DNA of 32,000 bases, taken from NCBI RefSeq assembly GCF_003428155.1, contig NZ_QLIR01000012.1, positions 30,001-62,000 of the forward strand. The letters are read 5' to 3'. Below, piece after piece: positions 1-9,660 of the stretch (positions within the stretch are counted from its first letter, which is position 1; every line of letters begins with the position of its first letter). The notes beneath the pieces are model-generated. The model was given only the letters and a program-made list of their open reading frames with translations, had not been told where the DNA came from and did no database searches. Origin of the DNA: Fastidiosibacter lacustris. Lineage in GTDB: Bacteria > Pseudomonadota > Gammaproteobacteria > Francisellales > Francisellaceae. The translations under genes were made by a program, and so were the position numbers.

Positions 1-1
1 A

Positions 2-640
2 AACCGTTCTGTTGTCGGTGTTTTAAAACGCCTGATAGGTATGTCTGCACTATTGGGATTAGTCTCAATTAGTTGGGCAAATTTATCCACTGATAGTGTC
101 TTTTTAAAAACCCAGTCAGCACGCCATACTCAATCTGTGAATAGCCAGAATATGCAGCAAACATCTTCTGACGTGATGATTGCTAAGCAGCAACCACGAC
201 AGATAGATAAAGCATTACAAGTAGATGGAGTAAACGAGGTAAAAGAGGTAAAAGAAAGTAAAGAGGCTAAAGCAAAGACATTGATTGGGCAATTGGCACA
301 GTCAGGCTATGCCTTGATATTTTTCTTTCACTCTAGCTGTGGGCATTGTCATCAGTTTGCACCGATCGTAAAGTCGGTATCTACTAAGTATGGGTTTTAT
401 GTGTTTGACTTTAGTTTTGACAACCAAGGATTGCCAAGTTTCCCCACCCCTGCAACAGTGACCCAAGCAATTTACCGCGCCTATTACGGCAATGCTAAGC
501 CATTTTATCCTGTGCTGATTTTACAAAACGTCAACACGATGGAATTTTATGTGGTGGCACAAGGGAACATTCCAGAGAGGTTATTAGAGCAACATCTGAA
601 TCAATATGCTAAGGAGTTGTTACGTGATCATTCTCTCTAA
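2..640 (+). CDS. traF: TraF-like periplasmic thioredoxin-fold protein of an F-type T4SS. The frame is open to the window edge, so the ATG at 41 may not be the true start.
   Basis: Signal-peptide-like LLGLVSISWA near the N-terminus. The layout YALIFFFHSSCGHCHQFAP...KYGF...FP...YPVLIL fits the TraF/TrbB thioredoxin-like family. It lies directly upstream of traH-traG, as in F-like tra operons. Confidence 0.75.
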   Translation, partial: NRSVVGVLKRLIGMSALLGLVSISWANLSTDSVFLKTQSARHTQSVNSQNMQQTSSDVMIAKQQPRQIDKALQVDGVNEVKEVKESKEAKAKTLIGQLAQSGYALIFFFHSSCGHCHQFAPIVKSVSTKYGFYVFDFSFDNQGLPSFPTPATVTQAIYRAYYGNAKPFYPVLILQNVNTMEFYVVAQGNIPERLLEQHLNQYAKELLRDHSL

Positions 641-2120
641 ATTATTTTATCGTTTTTATACATTTTATAAACAAATAAAGCGTAAACGCTCAAATCATTT
701 TGTTATTGTTTTGATTGCTTTGATGCGTTGGAGTATATTATCTTTCACGATGAGCCATTTGGCTTATGCTAGCTTTGCTGAAAGTTTAAATACCTACGCC
801 AATGAAATTGGTTATGCCAATGTCACAGGTGCCACTGCGGCAATGACGCAATCAGGTGGGCATTTTTCAGCAGGCAGTGGTTACATTGCCACACCTGTTA
901 AACAAATTCAGCTTGCTCATGTGCAAATGCCTAATATCAGTGCCAGTTGTTCAGGGATTGATTGGACAGTCGGTGGCATGAGTTTTATCAACTCTGAAAA
1001 ATTAACACAGTTTGGGCAAGCCATTGTACAAAGTGCAGTACCTTTTTCGATTGATTTAGCCTTGCAAACATGGGCACCACAAATCGCAGCGCTTAAAGGT
1101 AAGTTTGAAGCGATTGCCAATGCAATTAATAATTTAAACATTAGTTCCTGTCAGGCAGCCCAACTGGCTGTTGGTGCAGTGTCAGGGTCATTTATGGAGG
1201 GTAAGGGTAAGGAATATCTGTGCCAATCCTATAAGGCGCAAAATAGTCGTGCATCGGGTTGGCTTGCCAGTCAGCAAGGCTGTAGTAACACGGCCGATGC
1301 CGCAGCAGCGAATCAGGCAGCTAAAAATGATCCTAACCTTGATCATTTGATTAAGCAAGACCGTAATATTGTGTGGTATCAACTGATGAAAAATGACTTT
1401 TTACAAAAAAATCCTGAGGTGGCTGAATACTTAATGTCGATGACAGGCACCATTATTTATCCACCTATAGATAGCAGTGGACAGATGAAACCTGATCGTC
1501 GATCGCCTTTGATGATTGACAGTAAAACCGCAGGCTTTAACGAGTTGTTATTTGGCACCAGCACCAATAGCAAAATAGACGTGTATCGATGTGATGATCG
1601 TAACCAAGAAAAATGCCGAAATCCAAGCACTGTAAAACTCAATATTCCTAAAAATAAGGCATTAGTACCTAAAATCACCACGATATTAGAAAGCATGGGG
1701 CAGAAGTTTATCAATGATACCAAGTTATCCTCCGAGGAAGAAAACTTAATCAATGCGGTTAACTTTCCGTTACTTGCCATTATTCACGCAGAAATTCGCG
1801 CAGGATGGGTGCCTGAGTATAACCTCTATGCCGATATTGTCAGTCGTATTGTGCTATCAAGTTATATTGGGCAAATTATCCATCAAGCGATGGCTGCGAT
1901 TATTCATAATCCATCAGCATCCTCGGATGAAGACTTTAAATGGATTCGTGAGAATCTACAGAATGCACAACGCTTAATCGTGGGGCAATATCAAACACAA
2001 GCATATCGTGCTTTGCAACAGAAATCAGAAATGGTGATGCGTGGCATACAGGTTCAACATTCTGTGGTCGGTGATCTCTCGGCACAGACAAAACAAAATT
2101 ACGCTTTTACTACTTTTTAG
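606..2120 (+). CDS. traH: TraH, F-type T4SS pilus assembly / mating-pair protein
   Basis: Signal peptide ending SHLAYA. SGGHFSAGSGY...ASCSGIDWTVGGMSFINSEKL...AVPFSIDLALQTWAP matches the conserved TraH core (GCGGID..G.FSFIN in F TraH). The start is uncertain: ATG 606, GTG 624 (AAGGAG 7 nt upstream) or ATG 723. Confidence 0.85.
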   Translation: MLRSCYVIILSKLFYRFYTFYKQIKRKRSNHFVIVLIALMRWSILSFTMSHLAYASFAESLNTYANEIGYANVTGATAAMTQSGGHFSAGSGYIATPVKQIQLAHVQMPNISASCSGIDWTVGGMSFINSEKLTQFGQAIVQSAVPFSIDLALQTWAPQIAALKGKFEAIANAINNLNISSCQAAQLAVGAVSGSFMEGKGKEYLCQSYKAQNSRASGWLASQQGCSNTADAAAANQAAKNDPNLDHLIKQDRNIVWYQLMKNDFLQKNPEVAEYLMSMTGTIIYPPIDSSGQMKPDRRSPLMIDSKTAGFNELLFGTSTNSKIDVYRCDDRNQEKCRNPSTVKLNIPKNKALVPKITTILESMGQKFINDTKLSSEEENLINAVNFPLLAIIHAEIRAGWVPEYNLYADIVSRIVLSSYIGQIIHQAMAAIIHNPSASSDEDFKWIRENLQNAQRLIVGQYQTQAYRALQQKSEMVMRGIQVQHSVVGDLSAQTKQNYAFTTF

Positions 2121-2147
2121 CACTTTTACTCTGTTTGGAGGGATACA

Positions 2148-5048
2148 ATGTTAGATATTTGGGTTACATCACAATCGGGTGTGATGAAAACGGTACTTGA
2201 TGGTATTGCTGCCTTTTTTAATCAAAATGGTGGTGAGCTATTATTATACTTGGTGACAGCCGTTGGCTTTTTGGTGGTATTGTTAAAATACCTTGAAAAG
2301 CCCGATGTCAAACAAGCCTTAACGTGGTTTATTATTGTGGCTGTTATTCCTGTCACTTTAATTAATCCTCGTGAAAAAGTCACCATTCATGATACAACAA
2401 GCACGTTAGAACAGCATGCAGTTGACAATGTGCCTTTAGGCTTAGCCTATCCGTTATCGATTATCACCAGTGTGATGTATAGTGTGACCAAAACGCTTGA
2501 AGATGCAATGCATGTTCCTACGGATATTGCCTATGCCACCACAGGGATGATTTATGCGTCAAAGCTCTTTAAAGAGATGAAGAGTGTTCAGCCTGACCCT
2601 GATTTAATGAGCCAATGGTCACAGTTTATCTATATGTGTATTGACCCTAATGTTCGTGTGCGTCATCGCTATACGTATAAACAGTTATTTGATGCACCTG
2701 ATATGATGAGCTTTTTGAAAAGTAACACCAAGGATGGCTCGAATCATATTTACGTACCGAAAGTTAAAAAAGCAACGTCTACAACGAGTCCCAATGACAT
2801 TTTTGCGCCAAAGGATGAAACATCATCTACTAATCCCAAAGATGACTGGGTTGGATGTAAAACAGCGCTGACACGTTTAGAGGAAGCTTATAAGCATTCT
2901 ATGGCATGGAACTTTAAAACGATGGGCGCACTTGACCCATTAGATAAGGTTAAAGATGCCACGGCCATTGAAAAAGATATCCAAGGGGTGTATGGGTATT
3001 TTTATAAACTATCAGGTACATCACAGGAAATGATGATGCAGAATCTCATGATTAATGCGACTAAAAACGGATTAAGCAATATTGCTGCACAAAAAAATCA
3101 GATGGCTGCGGGATTAAACTATGCGCAAACGCAAAATGAAATGAACTCAACCAGTACATGGGCAACGATAGGCATGATGGCGCAGGAATATACCCCTATG
3201 GTGCAAACCATTCTGTTAATGCTAATGTGCTGTGCGTTTATTCCGATGATTTACATCGCAATGTTTCCGACCTTTACCTATAGCGTCTTGAGTAAATATA
3301 TAGGAAGTTTGCTATGGATAACCAGTTGGGGTGTGTTCTATGTGTTTATCAACTTTATCATGACAGCATTTATGAAGTATCGGCTAAATGCCTTTACCGA
3401 TATTTATGGCGGTATTACGATGTCGAACATTGATGCCGTGGCAAGTTTAACCAGTCGTTATGTGACGTTAACAGGGTCATTCCTTATTTTTACGCCTTAC
3501 TTAGCACGATTGGTCGTATTGGGGGCTGCCAACACGATAAGTGGCTTGGTAACGTCAATCTCATCAGGCATTACCTCGAATGCACAAGCATCAGCCAGAG
3601 GGGTTGCCACAGGTGACTATAATTTGTTTAGCACGAATGTTGCCAATCACAGTGCTAATAATGCCAGTTTCAACAAACATAACTTTGATCGTGAGGATCG
3701 CTTTGGCAATGAATCACGATCCAACTTGCAAGGCGGGATTGAAAGTGTTGATGCGATGGGCAATCGATATCGCGATAACCGTGTATCTAATTTAGCCACG
3801 CAGATTTCCAAAAACGAAGCAATCACAGCAGGACTAAATGAGGGCTTTAACAGCCACCTATCCAATGCCTATTCAGAAAGTCAGCAGGCACAACAGTCTT
3901 GGAATACTACTTTAAGCAGACTGGCAAGTGTTAATGATAATGAGGTAATGCGACAGTCAAGGCAAGCCAGTCAAGGAAATACTGAGAATATGTCGACTGA
4001 TCAGGCGTATGCGAATATGGTTGATTATGCGCATAGGTTTGGAAAGGATGAGATTAAATCATTTATAAATGGAATAGCTTTGCAAGAGGGTGGGAGCGTT
4101 TCATTTGGTGGCAAAATACCATTTACTAAAATTGGTGCAGAGGGGCATGCAAGCTTAAACTTTAATCAGTCATGGAGCAATGCAACCAATAACACATCGT
4201 CGATGAGTGCAGCCGACCAAGAAACTTTTAGAAAGTCTTACAACAAATTAATTCAAGCTTCACAATCTGAAATTGCCAGCGTAGAATCGCATTTCGGTGT
4301 TGATAAAAGCAATTCGATACAATCAAGTCTTACTGAAACCGAAACGCATAGTCAAAATGCAGCCAATGAGTATCGTTTGGCAATGGATTATCAAAAAGCA
4401 GCTAACTATGCTGAAACGAATGGCTCATCGGTGAATTACAATGATATACCTCAGTTTGAGTCATGGTTAAATAAAAAGGTAGGTTCTGATCAAGCAAGCT
4501 ATTATCTCAATAGCCCACAACAGCAAGGCAGTGCTGAGTTTAAAAATCTCGTGCATAACTATCAGCAAGATTCAGCAGATCAGTTTAAACAAGAGTTTCT
4601 TGCTAACAAAGCGCAAATTGAGTCATCGACAGGTGCACAAATTCAACATAATTCTGATGTAAAAGTTGCTGGTTTAAGTGATATTAATAGCGCCTACCAA
4701 ACCAATAACAATAAGGTGGCTAATCAGTACGGTCAAAGCAAATCTGGTTTTGAAAATTGCGTTAATGATATGGATCAGAATGTTGCCAACAAAGCGGTTA
4801 GAGAAACTTTGGGGCAATATGGGTTGAAAGGCAATACCTTTAGCGCTGACAATCCATCAAGCTTTAATCGGCAAATGGTTATTCCACCGAAGATGAATAT
4901 ATCCGTGGATGCGCAAGGTCAGGATTTACGTTCAAGGGCGGATGCTTTGAAGTCGGAGGTGATGAATAACAAAATGACTAACTTAGAACGCGCAAAACGT
5001 GATCCGAATATAAAAAATAATCCAATGATGCCCATTTGGCTGCAATAG
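2148..5048 (+). CDS. traG: TraG (F-type), polytopic N-terminal pilus-assembly half plus long soluble mating-pair-stabilisation half
   Basis: 966 aa with GGAGG upstream of the ATG. Several hydrophobic segments in the N-terminal half and a Q/N/S-rich soluble C-terminal half. Size and position (after traH, before traT) match F TraG. Confidence 0.85.
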   Translation: MLDIWVTSQSGVMKTVLDGIAAFFNQNGGELLLYLVTAVGFLVVLLKYLEKPDVKQALTWFIIVAVIPVTLINPREKVTIHDTTSTLEQHAVDNVPLGLAYPLSIITSVMYSVTKTLEDAMHVPTDIAYATTGMIYASKLFKEMKSVQPDPDLMSQWSQFIYMCIDPNVRVRHRYTYKQLFDAPDMMSFLKSNTKDGSNHIYVPKVKKATSTTSPNDIFAPKDETSSTNPKDDWVGCKTALTRLEEAYKHSMAWNFKTMGALDPLDKVKDATAIEKDIQGVYGYFYKLSGTSQEMMMQNLMINATKNGLSNIAAQKNQMAAGLNYAQTQNEMNSTSTWATIGMMAQEYTPMVQTILLMLMCCAFIPMIYIAMFPTFTYSVLSKYIGSLLWITSWGVFYVFINFIMTAFMKYRLNAFTDIYGGITMSNIDAVASLTSRYVTLTGSFLIFTPYLARLVVLGAANTISGLVTSISSGITSNAQASARGVATGDYNLFSTNVANHSANNASFNKHNFDREDRFGNESRSNLQGGIESVDAMGNRYRDNRVSNLATQISKNEAITAGLNEGFNSHLSNAYSESQQAQQSWNTTLSRLASVNDNEVMRQSRQASQGNTENMSTDQAYANMVDYAHRFGKDEIKSFINGIALQEGGSVSFGGKIPFTKIGAEGHASLNFNQSWSNATNNTSSMSAADQETFRKSYNKLIQASQSEIASVESHFGVDKSNSIQSSLTETETHSQNAANEYRLAMDYQKAANYAETNGSSVNYNDIPQFESWLNKKVGSDQASYYLNSPQQQGSAEFKNLVHNYQQDSADQFKQEFLANKAQIESSTGAQIQHNSDVKVAGLSDINSAYQTNNNKVANQYGQSKSGFENCVNDMDQNVANKAVRETLGQYGLKGNTFSADNPSSFNRQMVIPPKMNISVDAQGQDLRSRADALKSEVMNNKMTNLERAKRDPNIKNNPMMPIWLQ

Positions 5049-5050
5049 TG

Positions 5051-5464
5051 TCAGGATTGAAGCTTAAAATGCTTAGACATAAATTGTTTTATGGCAGGCA
5101 TACCTGCTTTATAAGCACAATAGTATGATGCAATAATACAGGAAATAAGAAATATAAAGAATATTGGAGCAAATGCGTAAGCGGTTTGTACAGCAGTTCT
5201 TACATCTGTCAAAAAGATGTTAGCTAGAATAATTGCTAAAACAACAGTGAGCATGGCAAGTAATATAAAAGCAATATATCCAAATGCCCATTTTTTCTGT
5301 TCTTCCGTAAAAGTCAGCTTATCTTCTTCAGCTTTAACCACTTTGACTGCAACTGGTTCTTGGGAGGATTGTCTTTCTTCTTTCATAAAATCCATCATTT
5401 CTTTTGCCAATTCAGGATTTGTTTCAGCTATTTTTAATAATCTTTCTTTTTGATTGTCATTCAT
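5051..5464 (-). CDS. Small inner-membrane protein (soluble N-terminus plus 2 predicted TM helices), convergent with traG. Function unknown.
   Basis: Strong SD (AAGGGAG 7 nt before ATG at 5464). Hydrophobic stretches WAFGYIAFILLAMLTVVLAIILANIFL and FAPIFFIFLISCIIASYYCAY. The longer ORF start at 5503 lacks an SD. Confidence 0.55.
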   Translation of the reverse strand: MNDNQKERLLKIAETNPELAKEMMDFMKEERQSSQEPVAVKVVKAEEDKLTFTEEQKKWAFGYIAFILLAMLTVVLAIILANIFLTDVRTAVQTAYAFAPIFFIFLISCIIASYYCAYKAGMPAIKQFMSKHFKLQS

Positions 5465-5604
5465 TGTCAAACTCCCTTTAAATATCAGTTTTGCTTGCAG
5501 CAACTTAGCATATTTATAGGATTATTTCAACAACAATCAATGACAAGTCAAATAGTCAAATAGCTAATCATTTGTTTCAACCAACCACAAAAGGACGATA
5601 AAAA

Positions 5605-6363
5605 GTGAAAAAATCACACATCATTAAAACAACCACAAGCTTAACTCTGGCAGTGACTCTTCTAACGCTCAGTGGCTGTGCTGCAATTTCAACAGCGATT
5701 AAAAACAGACATTTAAAAGTCGAATCAAAAATGTCTGATAGCATATTTTTGGAGCCAGTAGCGGATAATGAAAAAACCATTTATGTGCAAGTCAAAAGCA
5801 CATTAAGTGAAAACTTTGATGGCTTAAAAGAAAAACTAATCCAAGATTTTCAACAAAATGGCTGGACAGTAGTTAATGATCTTGCCAAAGCACATGATAT
5901 GGTACAGATTAATGTGTTACAAATGTGGCAAGCGAAAAATCAAGCCTCCGCTTGGGGTGCGCTTAACAGTGGCTTTGGTGGAGATATTTTAACAGGTGGT
6001 TTAATGGGATTAGCCACGGGCTATGCGACAGGTTCAGTGGGCGCAGGTATTGGTGTCGGTGCAATAGCATCTGGCGTGTCATTTTTGACAAATTCACTTA
6101 TTGAAAATGTATATTTCTCAATGATCAGTGATATTCAGGTATCGGTTAGAGCTAAAGACGGACAGGTCACACAAACAACGCAATCAAGTCTATCACAAGG
6201 CACGCAAAGTAAGGTATCACAAACCTATCAGCAATCATCTGATTGGATCAGGTATCGCACACGGATTGTGTCAGTAGCAAATCAAGTCAATTTAAAGTTT
6301 GAAGAAGCTAAGCCTGAGCTACAGGCACAAGTAGCAAAACAAGTCAGTGGTATATGGGGGTAA
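5605..6363 (+). CDS. traT: TraT surface-exclusion / serum-resistance outer-membrane lipoprotein
   Basis: Lipobox [31 protein letters not shown] and [23 protein letters not shown] align closely with remembered F/R100 TraT ([24 protein letters not shown] ... [23 protein letters not shown]). GTG start with AAGGA upstream. Confidence 0.9.
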   Translation: [252 protein letters not shown]

Positions 6364-6369
6364 GAAACA

Positions 6370-8376
6370 ATGATCCCTAAAAAAATAAAGTCGTTTATCC
6401 GCGGCACGCAGATATTTTTTTATAATTTAGCGATGTTTTTTCAGAGCATGAAGCGTATTGGGCTATGGGCAATTGTCGTCTATATCTGCCTATTTATTGT
6501 TTTAATGTTTATATTGACGACCAAGGCAGATGTTAAAACCTTAGCGATGCAAATATGGTCAAATATGCTTAATGCTATTGGGTTTGGTGAAGTTGTTGTT
6601 GCTAATGATGCCGTTAATGGCAGCTCGTATACTGCGGCAAGAATTGCTCATGATCCCATTGATCAGGTCTATTTTACACGCGCCTTACAACGATTTATCA
6701 CACATGCCATTATTTCGGCGTTGATTGGTGGTTTTTTATATTTGCTTGCAATGGCATTTTTTATCCGTGCGTTTGTTAAAAAGGGCGATAAAAACAGTCT
6801 TGATCAGTTTGTATCAGGTACATTTTTAGCTAAGCAGGAGAAGCAAACGATTAAGTCAGTCAACCAGTCTAAAGAGGGGGCAGGTGATATTATGATTGCA
6901 AATAAACTGCCATTGCCTAGACTCTCAGAGCGACAGGGCATTTTGATTCATGGTTCAATTGGTACAGGTAAAACGCAAGTGATTATGTATTTATTGGATG
7001 AGATTAGACGTGCTGGTGATGTGGCTATTGTTTACGATAAAGAATGTACTCTCAAGCCCTATTTTTTTAATGAAGCGACCGATAAAGAGTTAAACCCCTT
7101 ATCGGTATTGTGTGAAAATTGGGATATTTGGAAAGAGTGTAAAACACCGATTGAAATGGGGGCTTTAGCCACCTATTTAATGCCAAAAGCAGTCCAAGGT
7201 AGCGACCCCTTTTGGGTCGATGCAGCACGTACTATTTTTGCCAGCGTGGCATGGAAGATGCGTCATCAGCCCGATAGAAATGTCATCAAGTTGCTTCAAG
7301 TTTTATTAACCACCTCATTAGATGAGTTGCGTGGCATATTAAAGGGTACAGAAGCAGAAAACTTAGTGTCCAAAGATATTGAAAAAACAGCTATTTCGAT
7401 CCGTGCGGTGATGGCTACCTATACCAAATCATTACGATTTTTAGAGGGCTTAAATAAAGATGAATTAAAAAAATCAAACAAAGTAAGAAAAGCAAAAAAA
7501 TCAAAAGAACCGTTTGCGATTTGTGACTGGATACAAGAGCAGGCTACCAATCAGACTCAGCAAAAAGGCTGGCTGTTTGTAACCTCACGTGCTAATTTTC
7601 ATGCAGAGATTAAACCACTCATTTCTGCATGGTTAGGCATGGCACTCAAATCGATTCAATCGTTACAACCAAATTCAAGCAGACGCGTCTGGGTGATTAT
7701 GGATGAAAAAGCGAGTTTAAATCGACTGGAGGGCTTTTCTGATATTGCTGCGGATATTCGAAAGTTTGGCGGCTGTGTGGTATTAGGATTGCAAAGTCAT
7801 TCGCAAGTCAATTTTATCTATGGGCGTGATGAGGCAACTGCAATTACTGATAATATGAACACCAGTGTTTATTTTAGATCACCGAAAAAGCAAGTGGCTG
7901 AATGGGTATCGCAAGACTTGGGTGAGCATGTTTTAGAAGAAATCAGGGAAAGTCAGTCCTATGGTCCCAATACGATACGTGATGGGAATACCATAGCCAG
8001 ACAACGTGTCACCAGAAGAACGGTCGATACTGGCACTATTATGAACCTTGAAAATTTAAACTGTTATGTGCGATTAGCTGGGAATCATCCGATTACCAGA
8101 TTGACTATTGATTATAAGGAGCGTAAACCATTATTGGAACAACCGCTGATAGAACGCGCCATTGATTATGATGCGATTGAAAAGGTCGCAATGGAAGCCT
8201 TGAAAGCGGAAAGCAATCCTGAGCGTGATGAGGCAGTTAAGGTCGAGCAGAAAGTTAATCAAGTCAATGATAAGGTTGGGCGTAATGCCAACGTTGTAGA
8301 TGGAATGGAAACAGAAGATCATCAAGCACATCAAGTTAAAAAACAGGAAAGCACATACATATTTCATCAGTTATGA
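6370..8376 (+). CDS. traD: TraD type IV coupling protein (VirD4/TraD family ATPase)
   Basis: Two N-terminal TM segments, Walker A GSIGTGKT and Walker B-like VWVIMDE. Its 668 aa and its position between traT and traI are typical of F-like T4CPs. Confidence 0.85.
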   Translation: MIPKKIKSFIRGTQIFFYNLAMFFQSMKRIGLWAIVVYICLFIVLMFILTTKADVKTLAMQIWSNMLNAIGFGEVVVANDAVNGSSYTAARIAHDPIDQVYFTRALQRFITHAIISALIGGFLYLLAMAFFIRAFVKKGDKNSLDQFVSGTFLAKQEKQTIKSVNQSKEGAGDIMIANKLPLPRLSERQGILIHGSIGTGKTQVIMYLLDEIRRAGDVAIVYDKECTLKPYFFNEATDKELNPLSVLCENWDIWKECKTPIEMGALATYLMPKAVQGSDPFWVDAARTIFASVAWKMRHQPDRNVIKLLQVLLTTSLDELRGILKGTEAENLVSKDIEKTAISIRAVMATYTKSLRFLEGLNKDELKKSNKVRKAKKSKEPFAICDWIQEQATNQTQQKGWLFVTSRANFHAEIKPLISAWLGMALKSIQSLQPNSSRRVWVIMDEKASLNRLEGFSDIAADIRKFGGCVVLGLQSHSQVNFIYGRDEATAITDNMNTSVYFRSPKKQVAEWVSQDLGEHVLEEIRESQSYGPNTIRDGNTIARQRVTRRTVDTGTIMNLENLNCYVRLAGNHPITRLTIDYKERKPLLEQPLIERAIDYDAIEKVAMEALKAESNPERDEAVKVEQKVNQVNDKVGRNANVVDGMETEDHQAHQVKKQESTYIFHQL

Positions 8377-8508
8377 TATGGCGATTGTAGAGCAAATGAT
8401 TATTATTGTTCAACAGGCATTATCTTGTATTAGAAACAGCAATGTAAGGCTTGTATTTAAAGGCATTGCAGTATATTTTATCAATACAAACTCAAAAGGA
8501 GTGATCAA

Positions 8509-8709
8509 ATGGCTAAGAAAAAAGACATTAAAAGTTATAAAAAAGATGAATTTGTGAGTTTAGTTGCAGAAAAAATGAATACAACCAAAGACACGGCTAA
8601 TAGATCAGTTGATGCCTTTATTGAAGCGGTCACAGATATTGTCAAAAACGGTGATTCGGTTAATTTCATTGGCTTTGGCAAGTTTAGTGTGGGTGAACGT
8701 GCAGCGTGA
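8509..8709 (+). CDS. HU/IHF-family DNA-binding protein, ending at a TGA where the beta-arm should begin (truncated or pseudogene)
   Basis: AAGGAG 7 nt before the ATG. KDEFVSLVAEKMNTTKDTANRSVDAFIEAVTDIVKNGDSVNFIGFGKFSVGERAA matches the HU helical body and first strands (GFG.F.V..RAAR.GRNP in HU). It stops right after ERAA. Confidence 0.6.
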   Translation: MAKKKDIKSYKKDEFVSLVAEKMNTTKDTANRSVDAFIEAVTDIVKNGDSVNFIGFGKFSVGERAA

Positions 8710-9656
8710 AGACAAAGAAACGAAGTAAAAGCCATACGAGCCATAAAAGCAGTGGAAGCAATCGCAACAAAAGGAATAAAAGGAATGATCTTTTCGAGTT
8801 TTCAAGCGCACTTGATTTGATGTTAGCGGGACATGATCAGGTGATTGGCTCAGATTTTATTATGCGTAAGCGTGACACGTTAAATGCTGACATTGGTCAT
8901 TTAAACCCAGATGACTTAAATACTTACGACCAAGCTTATATTGAACGCTTAATTCACTGTCAAGCTAAGGAATGTCTTACCATTCCAACGGATGTTGAGT
9001 TGCAGCGTTTGTCTAATGAATATACGAAACAGCGAGAGGTTTTATCTGCTTATCATGATGAAGTCGTTGATATTATGATCGATTATGACACCGAAGCTGC
9101 TAAAGAGTTGGGTAATTTTGACCCCTACATTGATAAAGTGGTCATTCGTAATCAAGCTGAAATGAATTTTTTCTATGACTATATTACCTTGTATCGAACA
9201 GTAAAAAATAAACGTGTGATTATTGACTGGAGAGAAGCTCACCCTGATGCAGTTAATCAGAACAATAGGCAGGTTGTTACAGCACTTGAACAGGCGCGGT
9301 TTGCCATATTGCGATTAGATGAGAATTTAGCACATGGCGGTATTAGAGTTACAGATATGATTACCCAGAAAGAAAGCTTATTAATTGATAAAGCACTCAA
9401 TCGTTCACGTAAAGAGGGTATGTTTTTTATTTGCTCATTATTAACAATGGGTAAATATGTGATGACAAGTGGTGGCGGTGTTCCTGTTGACCCCAAAGCC
9501 GCTGCGGGTAAATCTGCGCTAAGTCTGTCTCAACCTTATTTGGCACAATTACGTAATGCGCAATCAGTTATTGATGAAAATGTGCTGCAATGTGTCCGTA
9601 AGATATATGGACTTTGTTTGCGTGGTGGTGCCTTAAGTCATATTACGGTTCATTAA
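8706..9656 (+). CDS. Hypothetical protein with a basic, low-complexity N-terminus (316 aa from GTG). No family recognised.
   Basis: Long ORF whose GTG overlaps the HU-like stop (GTGA). It stops 4 nt before the Rpn-like start, an operon-like packing. The true start could be a downstream ATG (8821 or 8863). Confidence 0.5.
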   Translation: MKTKKRSKSHTSHKSSGSNRNKRNKRNDLFEFSSALDLMLAGHDQVIGSDFIMRKRDTLNADIGHLNPDDLNTYDQAYIERLIHCQAKECLTIPTDVELQRLSNEYTKQREVLSAYHDEVVDIMIDYDTEAAKELGNFDPYIDKVVIRNQAEMNFFYDYITLYRTVKNKRVIIDWREAHPDAVNQNNRQVVTALEQARFAILRLDENLAHGGIRVTDMITQKESLLIDKALNRSRKEGMFFICSLLTMGKYVMTSGGGVPVDPKAAAGKSALSLSQPYLAQLRNAQSVIDENVLQCVRKIYGLCLRGGALSHITVH

Positions 9657-9660
9657 GTCG

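Noticed and set aside
917-1977. ORFs of 64-107 aa antisense to, or out of frame within, traH (917-1141, 1188-1382, 1457-1780, 1753-1977)
   Set aside because: They lie entirely inside a well-supported conserved gene, have no SD sequences and have low-complexity or hydrophobic translations. These are typical shadow ORFs.
3580-3865. Two short ORFs inside traG (3580-3795 on the + strand, 3647-3865 on the - strand)
   Set aside because: They are embedded in the traG coding frame with no independent signals.
8700-8712. Programmed -1 frameshift joining the HU-like ORF to the 316-aa ORF
   Set aside because: There is no X XXY YYZ slippery heptamer at the overlap (GCA GCG TGA), and no obvious downstream stimulatory structure was identified.
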